From the human T2T-CHM13v2.0 reference genome, Homo sapiens, in assembly GCF_009914755.1 (NCBI RefSeq), contig NC_060930.1: a stretch of DNA of 64,000 nucleotides, one strand, 5' to 3'. Positions within the stretch are counted from its first letter, which is position 1; the number at the start of each line of letters is the position of its first letter. Positions 14,100 through 29,013 of the stretch are shown here, in pieces. The notes under the pieces were generated by a model, which saw only the letters and a program-made list of their open reading frames with translations, had not been told where the DNA came from and made no database searches. The translations under genes were made by a program, and so were the position numbers.

Positions 14100-14419
14100 C
14101 TTGTCTTCCGCAAACAGGGTGGTTGGTTGAAAATTTGAAAAAGAAATATTGTGACTCTGACGATCTTTGTAGACTCCAACAATATTCAGGCAGAAAGTGA
14201 ACCCATTACATTTCTTGACTGAATGGATTATTGGTTTCTGAAAGAAGTTATTTTAAAACTCCTCTAGATTTTTAAGCTCCCAGGAATTGGGTCTCTGGCG
14301 AAGCTTGTAGGGGTGTGGTGATGTTTGATACTATTCATCCCAATGATGATTTTCCTTTCCTCTCATACTTCATCATAACAGTAGTCCACCTGAGATAGCT
14401 TTTCATCTGACCGCGTGAC
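14100..14419 (-). pseudogene. Candidate relic linker exon
   Basis: TTTATTAGCAG acceptor; AAG|GTTTAG donor; no diagnostic motif. Confidence 0.35.
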
Positions 14420-14643
14420 CTGCTAATAAACACAAGCATTTTTGCCTCAATAAACTCAATTTTTAACAACTGCATCCTATTTAGAATATACAGAATTTGA
14501 CTCTCAGTCTTTGTCACATGATGAATCCCTCTCTGTGACCTTCTGAGGACTCTATTAAATCTTTGTGAGCCTCACCACAATGGTTTGGTTCAGTATTCCT
14601 CTACCACTGAATACATTAAAAACAAAACAAAACACTGTCATAC

Positions 14644-14950
14644 GTGGAGGAGTTCATAAAATCCAGCCTGAGAAATGCAGTCAGCAATCTGTCCAAGTCA
14701 CGTCCTGGACTTTTTGTTTTACGGGCTTTCTCAGAATATTGGCTTACTGTTAATAGAGAAACTGTACATAAAATCCAAAAAGGAAGGGGTCAGTTAGCCT
14801 ATGGGAGACCAGAATCTAGAATGCTGCCCACACCTCTGTGAAACACCAAGTTTGCTAAATCTGCTATTGTCAACTCGGATCATATGGCTGATAAAAATCA
14901 CAGGGCTATAAAGTGCATACTCAGCACTTTGGAGTGACTGCTAAATAGGC
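14644..14950 (-). pseudogene. Relic exon(s), module D first RGS repeat end
   Basis: CTTTATAG acceptor; AC|GTATGA donor; VLSMHFIAL*FLSAI*SELTIADL (AL..L...W..F...DL motif, TGA at the W). Confidence 0.55.
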
Positions 14951-15859
14951 CTATAAAGGCACTTTTTTGCTTTTTGCATGAACTTCAAATGCAAAGGCAC
15001 CTAAAAGCAGTCATTAGTAAACATATTCTTTTGCCCTCCAGGCCATTCACAATTTTAATTTTTTTAACGATAATGAAAGAATTCGAAGTGTTGTGTAAGA
15101 ATAGTTATCCTATGTGAGACTACAGAATAGAAAGCAAGCAATATTTTTCTTTCTTTTTGTTCAGAATTATCTGAACATTACTCAGCATTATTAACTATAT
15201 TTTTCAAGCAAGATTATATAGTTCTAGGATTGGAACTAAAGAAAAGTTCTTAAAGGAAATTGATACTCAGAGAACTTAAAATGATCTGTTCAACGTCCCA
15301 CAGCCAGTGAGAAATAGATCTGGAATCAGGATCCTGTTCTCTCACTTCTAAACCCAGCATTTATACCATGCCAAGCAGCCCAGCTTCAAATAGCAAAGGA
15401 ATTATAGTGGTCCCAGATAATCTGGACTTTCAAACACCCAAACCTATACACCACCCCCTGCCTCTCCACTTGTTCTTCTTTCAAACATCTCCTACCTTTT
15501 TCAAAACACCTCATGTTCTAAGGTAACCACATAGAATCCAAGCAGTTTCAGCACATTTCATCCGTCCAGCTAAAAACATGACATCTTACGCAACTACAGT
15601 ATAAAATCACAGATATCCCAAAGGCAAAAAATATTAAAGAAATGTTGTGAACCTCCTGATATACATAAGTACCCCTCTCCAACACAGGCCCAAGGCAGAA
15701 GCAAGAGGTGAAAAACATGTGCAAGATAAAAGCCAGCAGCATGATGGATAGAGGGTGCTATGGGAGAATGGAAGAGGGGTCCTAGAGTGGGGTCGTGGAA
15801 AGCTTGAATAGATCCAAAGGAAGAGTAAGAGTCAGCGAGGCTGGGTTGCAGGAAGCACC

Positions 15860-16080
15860 CCTGTCACAACAACCAGGTTTGACTTTTGTGCCACTACTAG
15901 CTAGCTAGTAAGAAGCCTTGGGCAAGTTACACAATCCCTTGAACTTCAGTGTCCTTATCTAAAATGACCATATCAATAATAACTACCCAAAAGGTTTTAT
16001 GAAGTTTAAATGAACACATGATGTAATATTCTTAAGAAAACATCAGGCATATAGCAAATATTCCATAAATTTTAATTATG
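15860..16080 (+). mobile_element. MIR
   Basis: ccttgggcaagttac...cttcagtgtccttatctaaaatg core. Confidence 0.7.
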
Positions 16081-17839
16081 ATGCAAATAATGATGGAATC
16101 ATAAGTTCAAATAATCAAAGGTAAAAAGAGCATAGTACATTCCCGAATGTTCTCAGAAAAGCAAAGAGTTTAGAATGGTGAAAGTAGAGAGGATGATTTT
16201 AATTAAACAGAACTGTATTCACTTCTCCAGCTGTAGTGTAGGCAAGAAATTGCACATCACTCCAACTAAGAGAGCAGAATACCCATTATAGCTTGTTTCA
16301 CTTGTCTTCACCTTTAAGGCACTCAAGGCAGCTCTCCCTCAAACAGGTGGTGATGGGTTGATGGCGGCCTCCATTAGAAGGCATGTGTAGATTTAGGGTA
16401 TTCAGCCTTAGAAAGAGGAGGAAAGAATGTTAGGTGCTGAGAGTAAAGTGAAGCCCAGGAGTGTCTGTGGGTCTAGGGATGAGGAAAGGCTTCCAGATCT
16501 GGGTTTGATAACAGAGCAGTCCTCCTGCAGGTTTATGGCCTAGAAAGTTCCAGGGCCACTGGCCCACAAGAACATCCTTGAGAGGCACTGCTTTAATGAT
16601 CTGAAGTTGTAGGGCTCAGAAAACCAACCGCAGCATGTGGTCTGGGGATGACCCGCCTGAATGGACTGACCACAGGCAAGTGGAACTTCCAACCCTGCCT
16701 GTATCTCAGGCCTTGGGACCATCACGTAAGTGGGATCTTGGGTCCACTGGGGCTTCGAGTCCCCAAATACCAATGAAAAGACTGTTCAATAAAACTGATA
16801 ATAATTACCTGTGGCATTGGGGTGTCAATTTGTTTACAAGAGCTGGTTTTGCTTCTAACACAGGTAAGTGAGCACTTTATAAACAAAGACAATATCACTT
16901 TCTTCCATCTGTCACAGTAAACCTCAGGCAGAATTTTCCCTAGAAGGCAAACATTTTACCCTCAATGATCTCAGGCCATGTGGATCGTCCTTTGGCAAGA
17001 CAGAATAACTAGTCTGAATTGTTTAAGTCAGCATCCTGTCTTTTGAAATCAACAAGAATCCTAAGTTCTGAAAAAGCTATCTGTGTGAGAAATACCAGAA
17101 CAAAATGTGACTGGTGTGCTGTTTCGCCCTTTCTCAATCTTGTGCAAGGAAGATACCTGAAACCCTCTGGAATCCATGGGTGGCAGGCAGAGCACTTTTA
17201 CTGAGAGCCCATCTCCACTAACATTCCAGTTGATGGGGAATTTAGAAACACTCCTCCCTCCCATTCCTCCCTTCACTCCTCTCGCTTCCATATCTCTTAT
17301 AAACTTGTCTGGATTTCCCAATCCTAATTTATCTGGAACTTAAGATAGACTCCCTACCTCCACTTGCCCCTGTAGAAGAATTTTGGTGCTTGCTGGCCTG
17401 CAGGTATTATATTGAACCACATTCATTTAATGAACAGGATGTATTCACGTTGCAAACCAGTGCATTATATAAAAGCCTTTATTAATCACTCTATGGTGCC
17501 ATAAAATGACAGGCGTTCGGTTCCCAAAAGCAAATAATGCAAACCAAGAACCTTAATATAATGGTGGATATAAAATTATAATAGCCAAGTGGCAAGTCCT
17601 TGGTGCATTTAGAGGATCACAAGAGGATAAAAAGAGCTTCTGGTGCCTAATTGTGTTTAAATTTTTATTTATGGTGATATTAAGCAGTTCTCTAAGAGCT
17701 CCAGCCATTTAAATTATGGTGATTCTTTCTGAAGGCTTTTAACTGTAAGGAAATTGGGAATTAGTCCCCTTTCAGAGGAACACAGGTGCCTGAGTAATTC
17801 CTAATAGATGGTGTTCTTCCAAACTTGATGAGTGGATGA

Positions 17840-18010
17840 TTCACCAGCGGTTTGCGAACTTTCACAAGCTTCAGGATCTCCTAAAGGACTTATTAAAACT
17901 CAAGATTGCTGGGCCCCACTCTTCTTGGTAGTTCTGGGGTGTGACCCGAGAAATGGCATTTCTAGCAAGTTCCCAGGTGATACTGATGCTGCTGTTCTGG
18001 GAATATAATT
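17840..18010. mobile_element. MER5A-like hAT MITE
   Basis: agattgctgggcccc...catttctagcaagttcccaggtgatactgatgctgctg. Confidence 0.7.
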
Positions 18011-18024
18011 TAAGCTAAATGCAC

Positions 18025-18221
18025 CAACCAATCTGTCATTGTTGAATAGAGTTTAAAGGATGTGCGTCCTCCAAGAAATTCCTTGGTCTCTCCATTGATT
18101 TTATTCCAGTGAGAAGAAAGCACTCCTATTCTCCTATTCTCCCACCTTCTCACACTGTCCTCTTCTAATTGCTCATAGATTAGATGCTGTTTAATGTGAA
18201 ATAATATTGACAGGGCCTGTT
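18025..18221 (-). pseudogene. Relic exon, module D N-domain end plus first RGS repeat start
   Basis: Stop-free (within the 88-aa ORF); ETKEFLGGRTSFKLYSTMTD vs recalled RGS22 FKKFIKGTLGERYWWLWMD; phase 1 start matches the previous exon. Confidence 0.6.
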
Positions 18222-18669
18222 CTAATACAAACATAGGGCTGGGCCAAGTAATTGCATGATGATCTAAACCTAGCAAAAATATTCCCGGATTACTCAGGAA
18301 AATTAGAAAATAATTACATTTAATTTTCAGGCAAGTCTAGTGATGTTTTTTCCAATAATTCTGCATCTTGATATATTTCATTTTAGCATGATGAAAGAAT
18401 AATCATATATTATTTCAGCAGTGAAGTTGCCATAAAGGGGGTTATCTTTATGCCTGAACTCTGAAATCTCTATTTCATTTCAATCTACTGTTCTTTATCA
18501 ATAAACTATGATTCTTTCTGAAAGAATTTTTATTATATATGAGTATTTCCAATATGTCACACTTATTTTATTGTCTCAGGATAATGTCTTCTACATTTGT
18601 TAACTGCTGGTCTTGGGTAATTGATTTAAGTTACTTTCCTAAATTGTTTATACTAAACTTTATTAACTT

Positions 18670-20320
18670 TTAAAACTTTTATTTTGAAATAACTTCAAAC
18701 TTACAAAAAAATTTCAAGACTAGTGCATTGGCCAATTGTTCACATTGTACCACATCCTCTCCCTCCCTCTACTTATATCTTTTTAATGCCATACTATTTA
18801 CTCTACAAAAGTAAATATTTTTTCTGAATTATTCAAGAATAAGTCTCAGACATAGTGTCTTATTATTCCTTAAAACATTAGTGTTTATTTTCTGAAAATA
18901 AAGGCACTCTCCTACCTAGGCACAAAATAACTATCAGTAACAGAAAATCAACATTCCTGGTCACTAAATTCACACTCTATTCCAATTCTACTGATTGTTC
19001 CAGTGATGTCCTTTATAAACTAAGGGTGCAATCCAGGATTAGCTGTTCTGTTTAGTTGTCATGTCACTTTAGTTTCCTTCAACTTGGAACGGTTCTTCAG
19101 TTCTTCCTTGTTTTTTTATGACCTTGAAATTTTTTAAGAGTCCAGGACTGTGATTTGTGGAATGCTTTTCAACCTGGATTTGTTTGAGTTTTCCTCGTGA
19201 TTGGATTCTGTTTATGCTTTATGGCAGGAATACCACAGCAGTGATGTGAGGAAATCCATGATGCCAATATGTCCCACTATGGGTGATATGAACTTTAACT
19301 ACTTGGTTAAGATGATGTCTGCCAGGGGGTTTGTTGTACTGTGTTTTAATATGTTATTAACCAGTGTTCTGATGGGATATACTTTGACATTATAACTATC
19401 TTAATCCTTATCAAACTATTAACAACTAGTTTTAGTAACCACCAATGATTTTTACCTGAATTAATTATTATAGTCATGCTTGCTAAATGGTAATTTCTTA
19501 ATTCTATCGTTCTACTATTAGGTGGAACTTTCCCTTCTGCCCCTTTTATCTATCTATCTATCTATCAATCTATCTATAATCTATCAATAGAAATATTAAT
19601 AATTAGAGATGATTTTCTATGTTATTCAATGAGTTATAATCCATTACTTTCACTATTTAATTTGTTGCTCAAATTGCCTCAAATTTGGCAAGTGGGAGCT
19701 CATTCAAGCTGGTTTCTGTGTCATTATTTTTAAGCACTTTCTTACTGCAATGAACTGAATGTTGTCCCTCTCCTTACTCCAAATTTATATGTTGAAACCT
19801 CCTCATCAAAGAGATGATATTAGGAGGTGAAGCCTTTGGGAGTGGTTAGATCAGGAAGTCTGAGCCCTCATAAATAGGATTGGTGCCTGTATAAAAGAGG
19901 CCCAAGAGAGCTGCCTTGTACTTTCTGCCACGTGGGGACACAGCTGGAAGGTGTTACAGATGAACCAGAGAGCAGGCCCTCACCAGACACTGAATCTGCT
20001 GGCACCTCTATCTTGGACTTCCTAGCCTCCAGAACTGTGAGAAATAAATTTATGTTGTTTAGGCCACCCAGCCCGTGTTATTTTGTTATGGTAGCCCAAG
20101 CAGACAAATATAATGGGTATTTTAACTATATCGGTATCTACATTTAACTATATCAAAGAAAACAACTCATGAGTCTCCACTGATACCAAAAATTCCAACG
20201 CAGGGTTAATTCTTGCCCTCTCCCTTTCCATATTTGTAACTTCTTCTCCCACAGTGAGGAGCCTGGATCCCATTATCCTCCATATATTTAATTATTCGCT
20301 CAATACTCTGTGGGTAACCA
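18670..20320 (-). mobile_element. Old L1M 3' fragment interrupted by an MLT1 LTR (~19746-20110)
   Basis: ttttattttgaaataacttcaaacttaca start; MLT1 motifs gccctcaccagacactgaatctgctggcacct. Confidence 0.7.
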
Positions 20321-20754
20321 ATCCTCCAACCACATGGGCTGAATCTTCAATGCTCTATCATCTCCCCACAACTTGGTGGATTACCTCTTTGTCTCTAATC
20401 TAGTCAACCACGTCAATTAAATCCTCAGCCCCAGAATAAGATTTCATCTTTAAACTTGACTAGTTTTACACTTAAAGTTTATTTTACATTTTGTTTTAAT
20501 ACTCCATACTTAGCATAATACACAATTTCAGCAGTCATCCCTCTTATCCAATTATGGTATAATTCCTTACTATATATTACACTGGGGGAAATTATGCTAA
20601 TAAGATCAATTTTAATACATGTTGGTAATGATGGAAAATAAATTGGAAATATTTTACTTTCTTATAAAATATCCACATTTAATAAGTTTATTCTTACATT
20701 AGGCATCAACTTTTAAAAAATCCAAGTGAAAATTAAAAATGAGAAATTAAAATA

Positions 20755-23373
<2,619 letters not shown>

Positions 23374-23508
23374 TGTATAAAAATATAATGTCCATGGTCA
23401 GGATAAACGGCAAAAAATCACTAATCATTAAATGGTGAAAGAAATAGTGGATCAAATGATAAAAAATAATAATGCTTTCTTTCAAGGCAGTTACCAAAAC
23501 TCTCTTAC

Positions 23509-23604
23509 CATGCACACAAAAAAATGCCTTCTTAGCAACTGTAGACCAATTGTGAAAACTGATAAAATCTCACACTGAACAAGTTGCATAATGGGTCAAC
23601 AGGG
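23509..23604 (-). pseudogene. Relic exon (96 nt, phase 1/1), module D N-terminal domain
   Basis: Consensus sites TTTTCCACAG and ATG|GTAAGA; LLTHYATCSV*DFISFHNWSTVAKKAFF, in which FHNWSTV converts to FLNLPTF by single-base codon changes (recalled RGS22 YLATDDFLVDYFNEFLSLPTF). Confidence 0.7.
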
Positions 23605-23749
23605 CTGTGGAAAACACAATGATATATTTAATCTATTCTATGTACTTGAGAATATACAGTAATAAAATAGTACAAATATAAATCCCACGTGCTTGGACAA
23701 ATAAGGATTTGTCCCAATTGTCATTTTGTACATCTCCAAGACTTCCTAT

Positions 23750-23802
<53 letters not shown>

Positions 23803-23827
23803 CCATATCCATATATATATCTCTCTC
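23750..23827. repeat. (CT)n(AT)n compound microsatellite
   Basis: Direct sequence. Confidence 0.95.
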
Positions 23828-24829
23828 AAATTGAATATGTAAATGCCATCATAACAGATTGCAGTATTTAGGCTTAATCCCAATACTTAAAAGTCCATAA
23901 TGTAAATATACATTTTACAATTCAGCTTGGCATTTTAACCTAACTTCATTTTCTTTTTTAAATATTTTCTCCCTTATGGATCAAGTCACTTAAACAACTT
24001 CTACAAATATATTTTTAAAAACTCTTCATCTTAATGAGCCACAATTTTCTCCAAGTATGTAATTTGAAGAAGTAAGGTGTGTGTATATATGTGTGTGGTT
24101 GATAGCTTGACATATTTAATTAAAATTAGTGGGGTTTTACACAAAATAAAGGCTAGGATAGGAATCTGAAACAATGATCCACCCTTGAAGAGTTTATAGT
24201 CTATTTGGGAAAGTAAGAAATGGATACAAAGTAGAAAATGACCTATAGGGTGAAGAATCAAGCTATAGGATAAAGGACTGAAGTGCTGTAGCTGTTGAGA
24301 GCAGTGTGTCGGGACAGGAGCTCAGAACAGGAGCTTGGGTTTCAAGCTGTCTGATGTGAGGGGGACTTATGCTTAGGAGAAGATCGGGGGTGCAGAGGGA
24401 AAAGCAAAGAGTCACTCTGATGGGGATGTTGATAATGAGGGCGGCTATGCTTAGGCAGGTCTGGAGGCATATTTGAAATATCTGTATCTTCTGCTTAATT
24501 TTTCTGTGAACCTTAAACTGGCCTAAAAATAAAGTCTATTTTTATAAGTTATCAGAAATATAAAAACCAAAAAAAGGCAAAGGTTTAGAAGTGGAAATAC
24601 GATCACCATCAGAGCAGAGGTTTTGGTTAGGTGATATGGGGAAAATGAGAATAAAAAATGCATGAAACTGAAAACCTATTTCACTGATTTTCAGGAACAG
24701 TGAAATGTGTATTTTGACATATGATAAAATTCATGAAATAATCAAATAGCAAAGAGTATTGGAAGATATTAAGTCCTACAGTAGTCTTCAACTTTTCAGT
24801 AACCAAAAAGGCATTTACTTTTTTGAATA

Positions 24830-25060
24830 ATAATAAGAGCAACTATGTATGAATTGCCCCCAGCCAACAGACTCAGTAATAAAAGCTTTGCAGACATATC
24901 TCATATAATCTTAACAACCCTATGAGACAAGTATTATCAGTCTCACTTTACAGTGGGGAATCTGAGCCTTATGAAGTTTAAGTAATTTTTCTAAAATCAC
25001 ACACCTAGTAAGGAGCAGAACATAGATTCAACCTTGGCCTTCTCCTAAGCCCTTGTTCTA
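24830..25060 (-). mobile_element. MIR
   Basis: ctcactttacagtggggaatctgag...aagtaa core in reverse. Confidence 0.7.
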
Positions 25061-25159
25061 TTCACCCAGCTTGGTGGTCTCTAAGGGCAGTCACTAAATG
25101 ATTTCTACATTCCATGACCTAGCCAGAGGGCTGAATCAGATGACTTTTGCAGTCCTTAC

Positions 25160-25535
25160 GGTGCTGAACTTTTAGAAAAATGTGTTAAGCTGGAAAAAGC
25201 ATGGCATTTGTTTTCTGAAATCAATAAGGTACTGCAAAATAATATGCTAACTTTATCAAAGGGAAGCTATGGAAATGTCCTCTTTATTTTTACAAGACAG
25301 TGGCAAATATATCAAATCAGAGTATTTTCACGTTTTGCTGAAAATTTTCACATTTTGCTGAAGGTTTATTCAGCATTCATTTTGCTTTTCATTTCTTTTT
25401 ATCGATCTTGTCCTTCACAGGCAATTTTTCCAGCAGCAATAACCTCCCTGCTCACTAGGAATGCTTCTGTTCATCTGCAAAACCTTAAGGGTAATATTGA
25501 AAATCTTGAGTGACCAAGTCACTTCTCTTGAAATT
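25160..25535 (-). pseudogene. Relic exon(s), module C last RGS repeat
   Basis: CTCTTCAG acceptor; C|GTAAGG donor; ends PY*FQKTNAMLFPA*HIFLKV vs recalled RGS22 GPYVFREAQMTIFGVLFKFW. Confidence 0.6.
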
Positions 25536-26680
25536 CTGAAGAGTAACCAGTCAAGAGCAAGGGAGGAGGGCTGGAGCCAGGGAGACACACCAAGGATAAA
25601 AAACCTTGCAGAGACATCTGCCCCTTACTATTAGGCAGCTTTGTAACTTTAGGTGTCACTGAAATGTTAGCTAACGTGGGGCTTGAGGAAAGAGACAACA
25701 CCAAAGCTGTGTAAAAGGGAGTGGAAGCCCTCTGCAAACGTAGGAATCTTTGGCCTGAGGAGTGCGGGTTGAGAAATAAATGGTGCCCTCATGTATTTAA
25801 TTGAATGCAAGAAATTTAATCCTGCAGCATCTTGAGTTGGAGCTCACTCTCCTGTTTCCTGTGGGATTTGGCAGTCCCCTCTTCTATTATTGAGATGTGC
25901 CCTGGAAAGGAAGGTGATTTGGGGGAGAAGGGGCACCTTTGCCTTCACTTTCAGGAGTTGCTATTAGCACAAGAAAGGCCAGACCCACAGTTTCAAAAGC
26001 TTTTCTCACAGTTATTAATGCATGCTCAGAGGTAGGCTTTCTCTTTTCTTTCCTTTCTTGTCTTTTTTTTTTTTATCCTTCTGTTTTGTTTTTAATATTT
26101 ACTTGAGATATATCACACTGTGTCATGGTTTTAACCCTAGCTACACATTAAAATAATTCCAGAGTCCAAAAAATTTAATTTAATTGGTCTGGATTGGGGC
26201 CTGGGTGCCAATATTTTTAAGCTCCCAAGTTGATCGCAAAGTGCAGCCTAACGTGATTTTCAATCTTGCCCCAACCCTCCCTGCCACGAGTCCCCAGTAA
26301 CTACATTCAATATTTCAAAGACCCTAATTTCAGTCATATATGTTAGCCATGACAAACTTTCAAAGGATGAATGCTAAGTTTCTTTCCCCTAGCTGGAACT
26401 ATATCAACATCTTGTCATAAACAGCTTATCACTTTCTGATTAGAAACTCTGACAAGCAGGGTTTCTAAAATAAAAATAGAAAATTAATTATTAGTTTATA
26501 AATACAGTTTTTAAGCAGACAATATCTTTCCAAACCTGGTAGATCATGGGAGAAAATAAATAGAAGGATATTTTCAGGTGAGAAAGTTGGGAAGCAATCT
26601 GATAAAATTTTCTTTTAAGCTGGTATTAAAATGAGCTTTCGGCCTTTGAACACACAATAACAGATAAATGAAAGGCATAC

Positions 26681-26891
26681 CAGAAAGTCACTGGGTGGCA
26701 GGGAGGAAGCCAGTTAGGGGATTTTGTATTTGTGCTAGATAATGTGCACTCAGATAAGCAAAGGATGAAGTTGGTGATCTTTGTCTCTGGATTCACTTGC
26801 ATTCTCTAGCTGTAGGCAGTAGCACAGCATCTTCCCATCTCCCCATCTTGCTTCTATCCATCCTATTCAGACTGGGCCCTTCAAGATCTGT
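26681..26891 (-). pseudogene. Candidate relic linker exon
   Basis: Strong acceptor (CTTCTCTCCGTGGTTTTTCTCAG); CTG|GTATGC donor; no diagnostic motif. Confidence 0.35.
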
Positions 26892-27952
26892 CTGAGAAAA
26901 ACCACGGAGAGAAGTACTAGAGATTATTTCCATTGTCTGCCAAGTTGGTCTCTTGCTATCATCCGGAAATGTTTAACATAAGTGAATCTTTAATTAACTT
27001 CAAAAAGTGCCTGTGCTTGGTCTCAGGTATGTAAACATGGCAGGACAAAAGTCACTAATGTTTGGCAAGGAGATTTTTCAAAACATCAATTAGAAAGAGT
27101 TGGTATGCCGATGAACACCCACCTTGACAGTAGGAAAGAAATTAGTGCTGATTATGAGTATCATTCTTACTTCACCAAACATTTGTTCATGATTGTGTAC
27201 CAGAGAGGTAAAATCAAGAGTACATTTCTTCTTATATTTTATTGATTCCCACATTCAATAATAGAATATACCATGCACCAGGCACTGCTCTGGCACTAGA
27301 ACTAGAGAAATGAGCAAATAAAAAGCCCTATCCCCATGAAGCTTAGGTCCTTACTGAGGAATATAGAGTGTGGAAGTCAGCTGCAGCCAAGAAGAGTGTA
27401 TGGCAAAGCAACTGTTACCTGAAACTGTATTAAAACATTTGTGATTCAGATTTTCTTTTAAAAATAGCATATCCTTCCTTTGAATATAGAAAACTAAGGT
27501 ATTCTCAACCCTTCACAAGAATATTTTTAATTCACAGTTTCCATTTTCTCAATTGACGAAATCAGAACCTAACTAAAATAAAAAACAAAACAAAACATAA
27601 TTTTAGGTTCTTATGTTCTCCATCCCTAAGAGTTTACAATTCAGCATTAACTAGCCAAGAGCTTGGGTCATTCAAGTAGAGCCTACTTCTTTACAGATGA
27701 TAAGAGAGACAAAGCCCTGTGTGTTTATGGACTTAGAGGTGAGAAGAGAAGGAAACACAATCTTAGGAAATCTGAAAAGAAGTTTGGAGACCAGTACAGT
27801 AATTTAGAGAACATTGACATTTAAATCAGATACTTCCATGTAATAAATATTTGCTGAATATTTCATGGGGTAGCTAGATTCCATAGATAGGGTGACATTG
27901 TTTCTTTTAAGATGTTAGTACTTTGTATGTACAATTGTAGGGTATAGGATAC

Positions 27953-28294
27953 ATTTCAGCTCTCATTTCCATTTGGTAATCCCTTGAAAAAAATAGTATA
28001 ATGTGTCTATGGCTGAGTGTAAAATTATCTTGGGGAGAGCTTCTGTAGAGTATTGAGGCAAATGCTAATTGTGCCACCTTCTTGGCTTGAGTGTTTTTCA
28101 AGGAACAGTTACAAAACCTTTGAGGCACAGAAAGCGAATGAGAATCACGAAGTATTCTAGCGGCTGAAACCCAATGCTTGAGATAAGAGCTACCTTACCT
28201 AAAATACATCGAAAGGCAGCCCTGGGACAAAGAATTAATGTGAAGAGGTGCAACCAACATGTCTTCTGAAAGCCCTATGCTATGCCACATTGTT
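27953..28294 (-). pseudogene. Two relic exons (28199-28294 and 27953-28117) with an 81-nt intron
   Basis: TAG|GTAAGG donor; pieces H*FFVPGLPFDV and KKVAQLA/ICLNTLQKLSPR*FY (alpha5 and alpha7-alpha9-like). Confidence 0.5.
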
Positions 28295-28774
28295 CTGAAT
28301 ATTTATAAAGAGCAAGTTGCCAGGTGCACCAAATTTTCAAGGAAAGTTGAACTTTCAGACTTTATAATATAAGAGTTCTGTAAAGAATTATTAAGAGGTT
28401 GAGAATGCTTTAAAAATGATAAAAAGTGATTAAAAATTTTAATTTACTATAATGTGAAGAAAAGTAAATATATTTTGATGCTTTAAGAACTTATATAGGG
28501 TAGATAAACATTTTGTAAATCAGATAACAGAAGCTTACAAATTTAACAAAAAGCAGAGAAATAACTTTTCTTGTAAGTATCTACCTACAGAAATGTTAGA
28601 CAAATGCAGCAATAAATTTTACCTAGATACTTTTGAAATACTTACTGTTACTGTCCACATACTGAGTCAACAAATATCTATACTAGGTATCCCACTAATA
28701 ACATATATGTGGGATATGACCCATTCCTTACATAGATGAAAACTAGCACTGACCAAGTTAAAGCATAAAAGGAA

Positions 28775-28906
28775 GGATTGCTAGAAAAAATAAAGGACAC
28801 CAAATATTGCAGGGGACATACTTATACTAAAAAGTTTTTTGCTGTCTTTCTGAAACTCAAATTTACCTGGACATTCTTTTTTTTATTACTAAATTGGACA
28901 ATCCTA
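28775..28906. mobile_element. MER53-like MITE fragment
   Basis: aaatattgcaggggacatacttatactaaaa...aaattggacaatcct. Confidence 0.6.
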
Positions 28907-29013
28907 AAATAGTGCATTCAAATTTTACAAAGAAAATTACTAACCCCTAAATTTATTAAACATGGTATAAAAATACTCAACTATATTATCTCTCTCCTTA
29001 AATGCTCCCAAGA

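Noticed and set aside
15490-17160. Possible relic exons at ~15495-15568 and ~16960-17156
   Set aside because: Splice-like ends, but no convincing motif or phase support.
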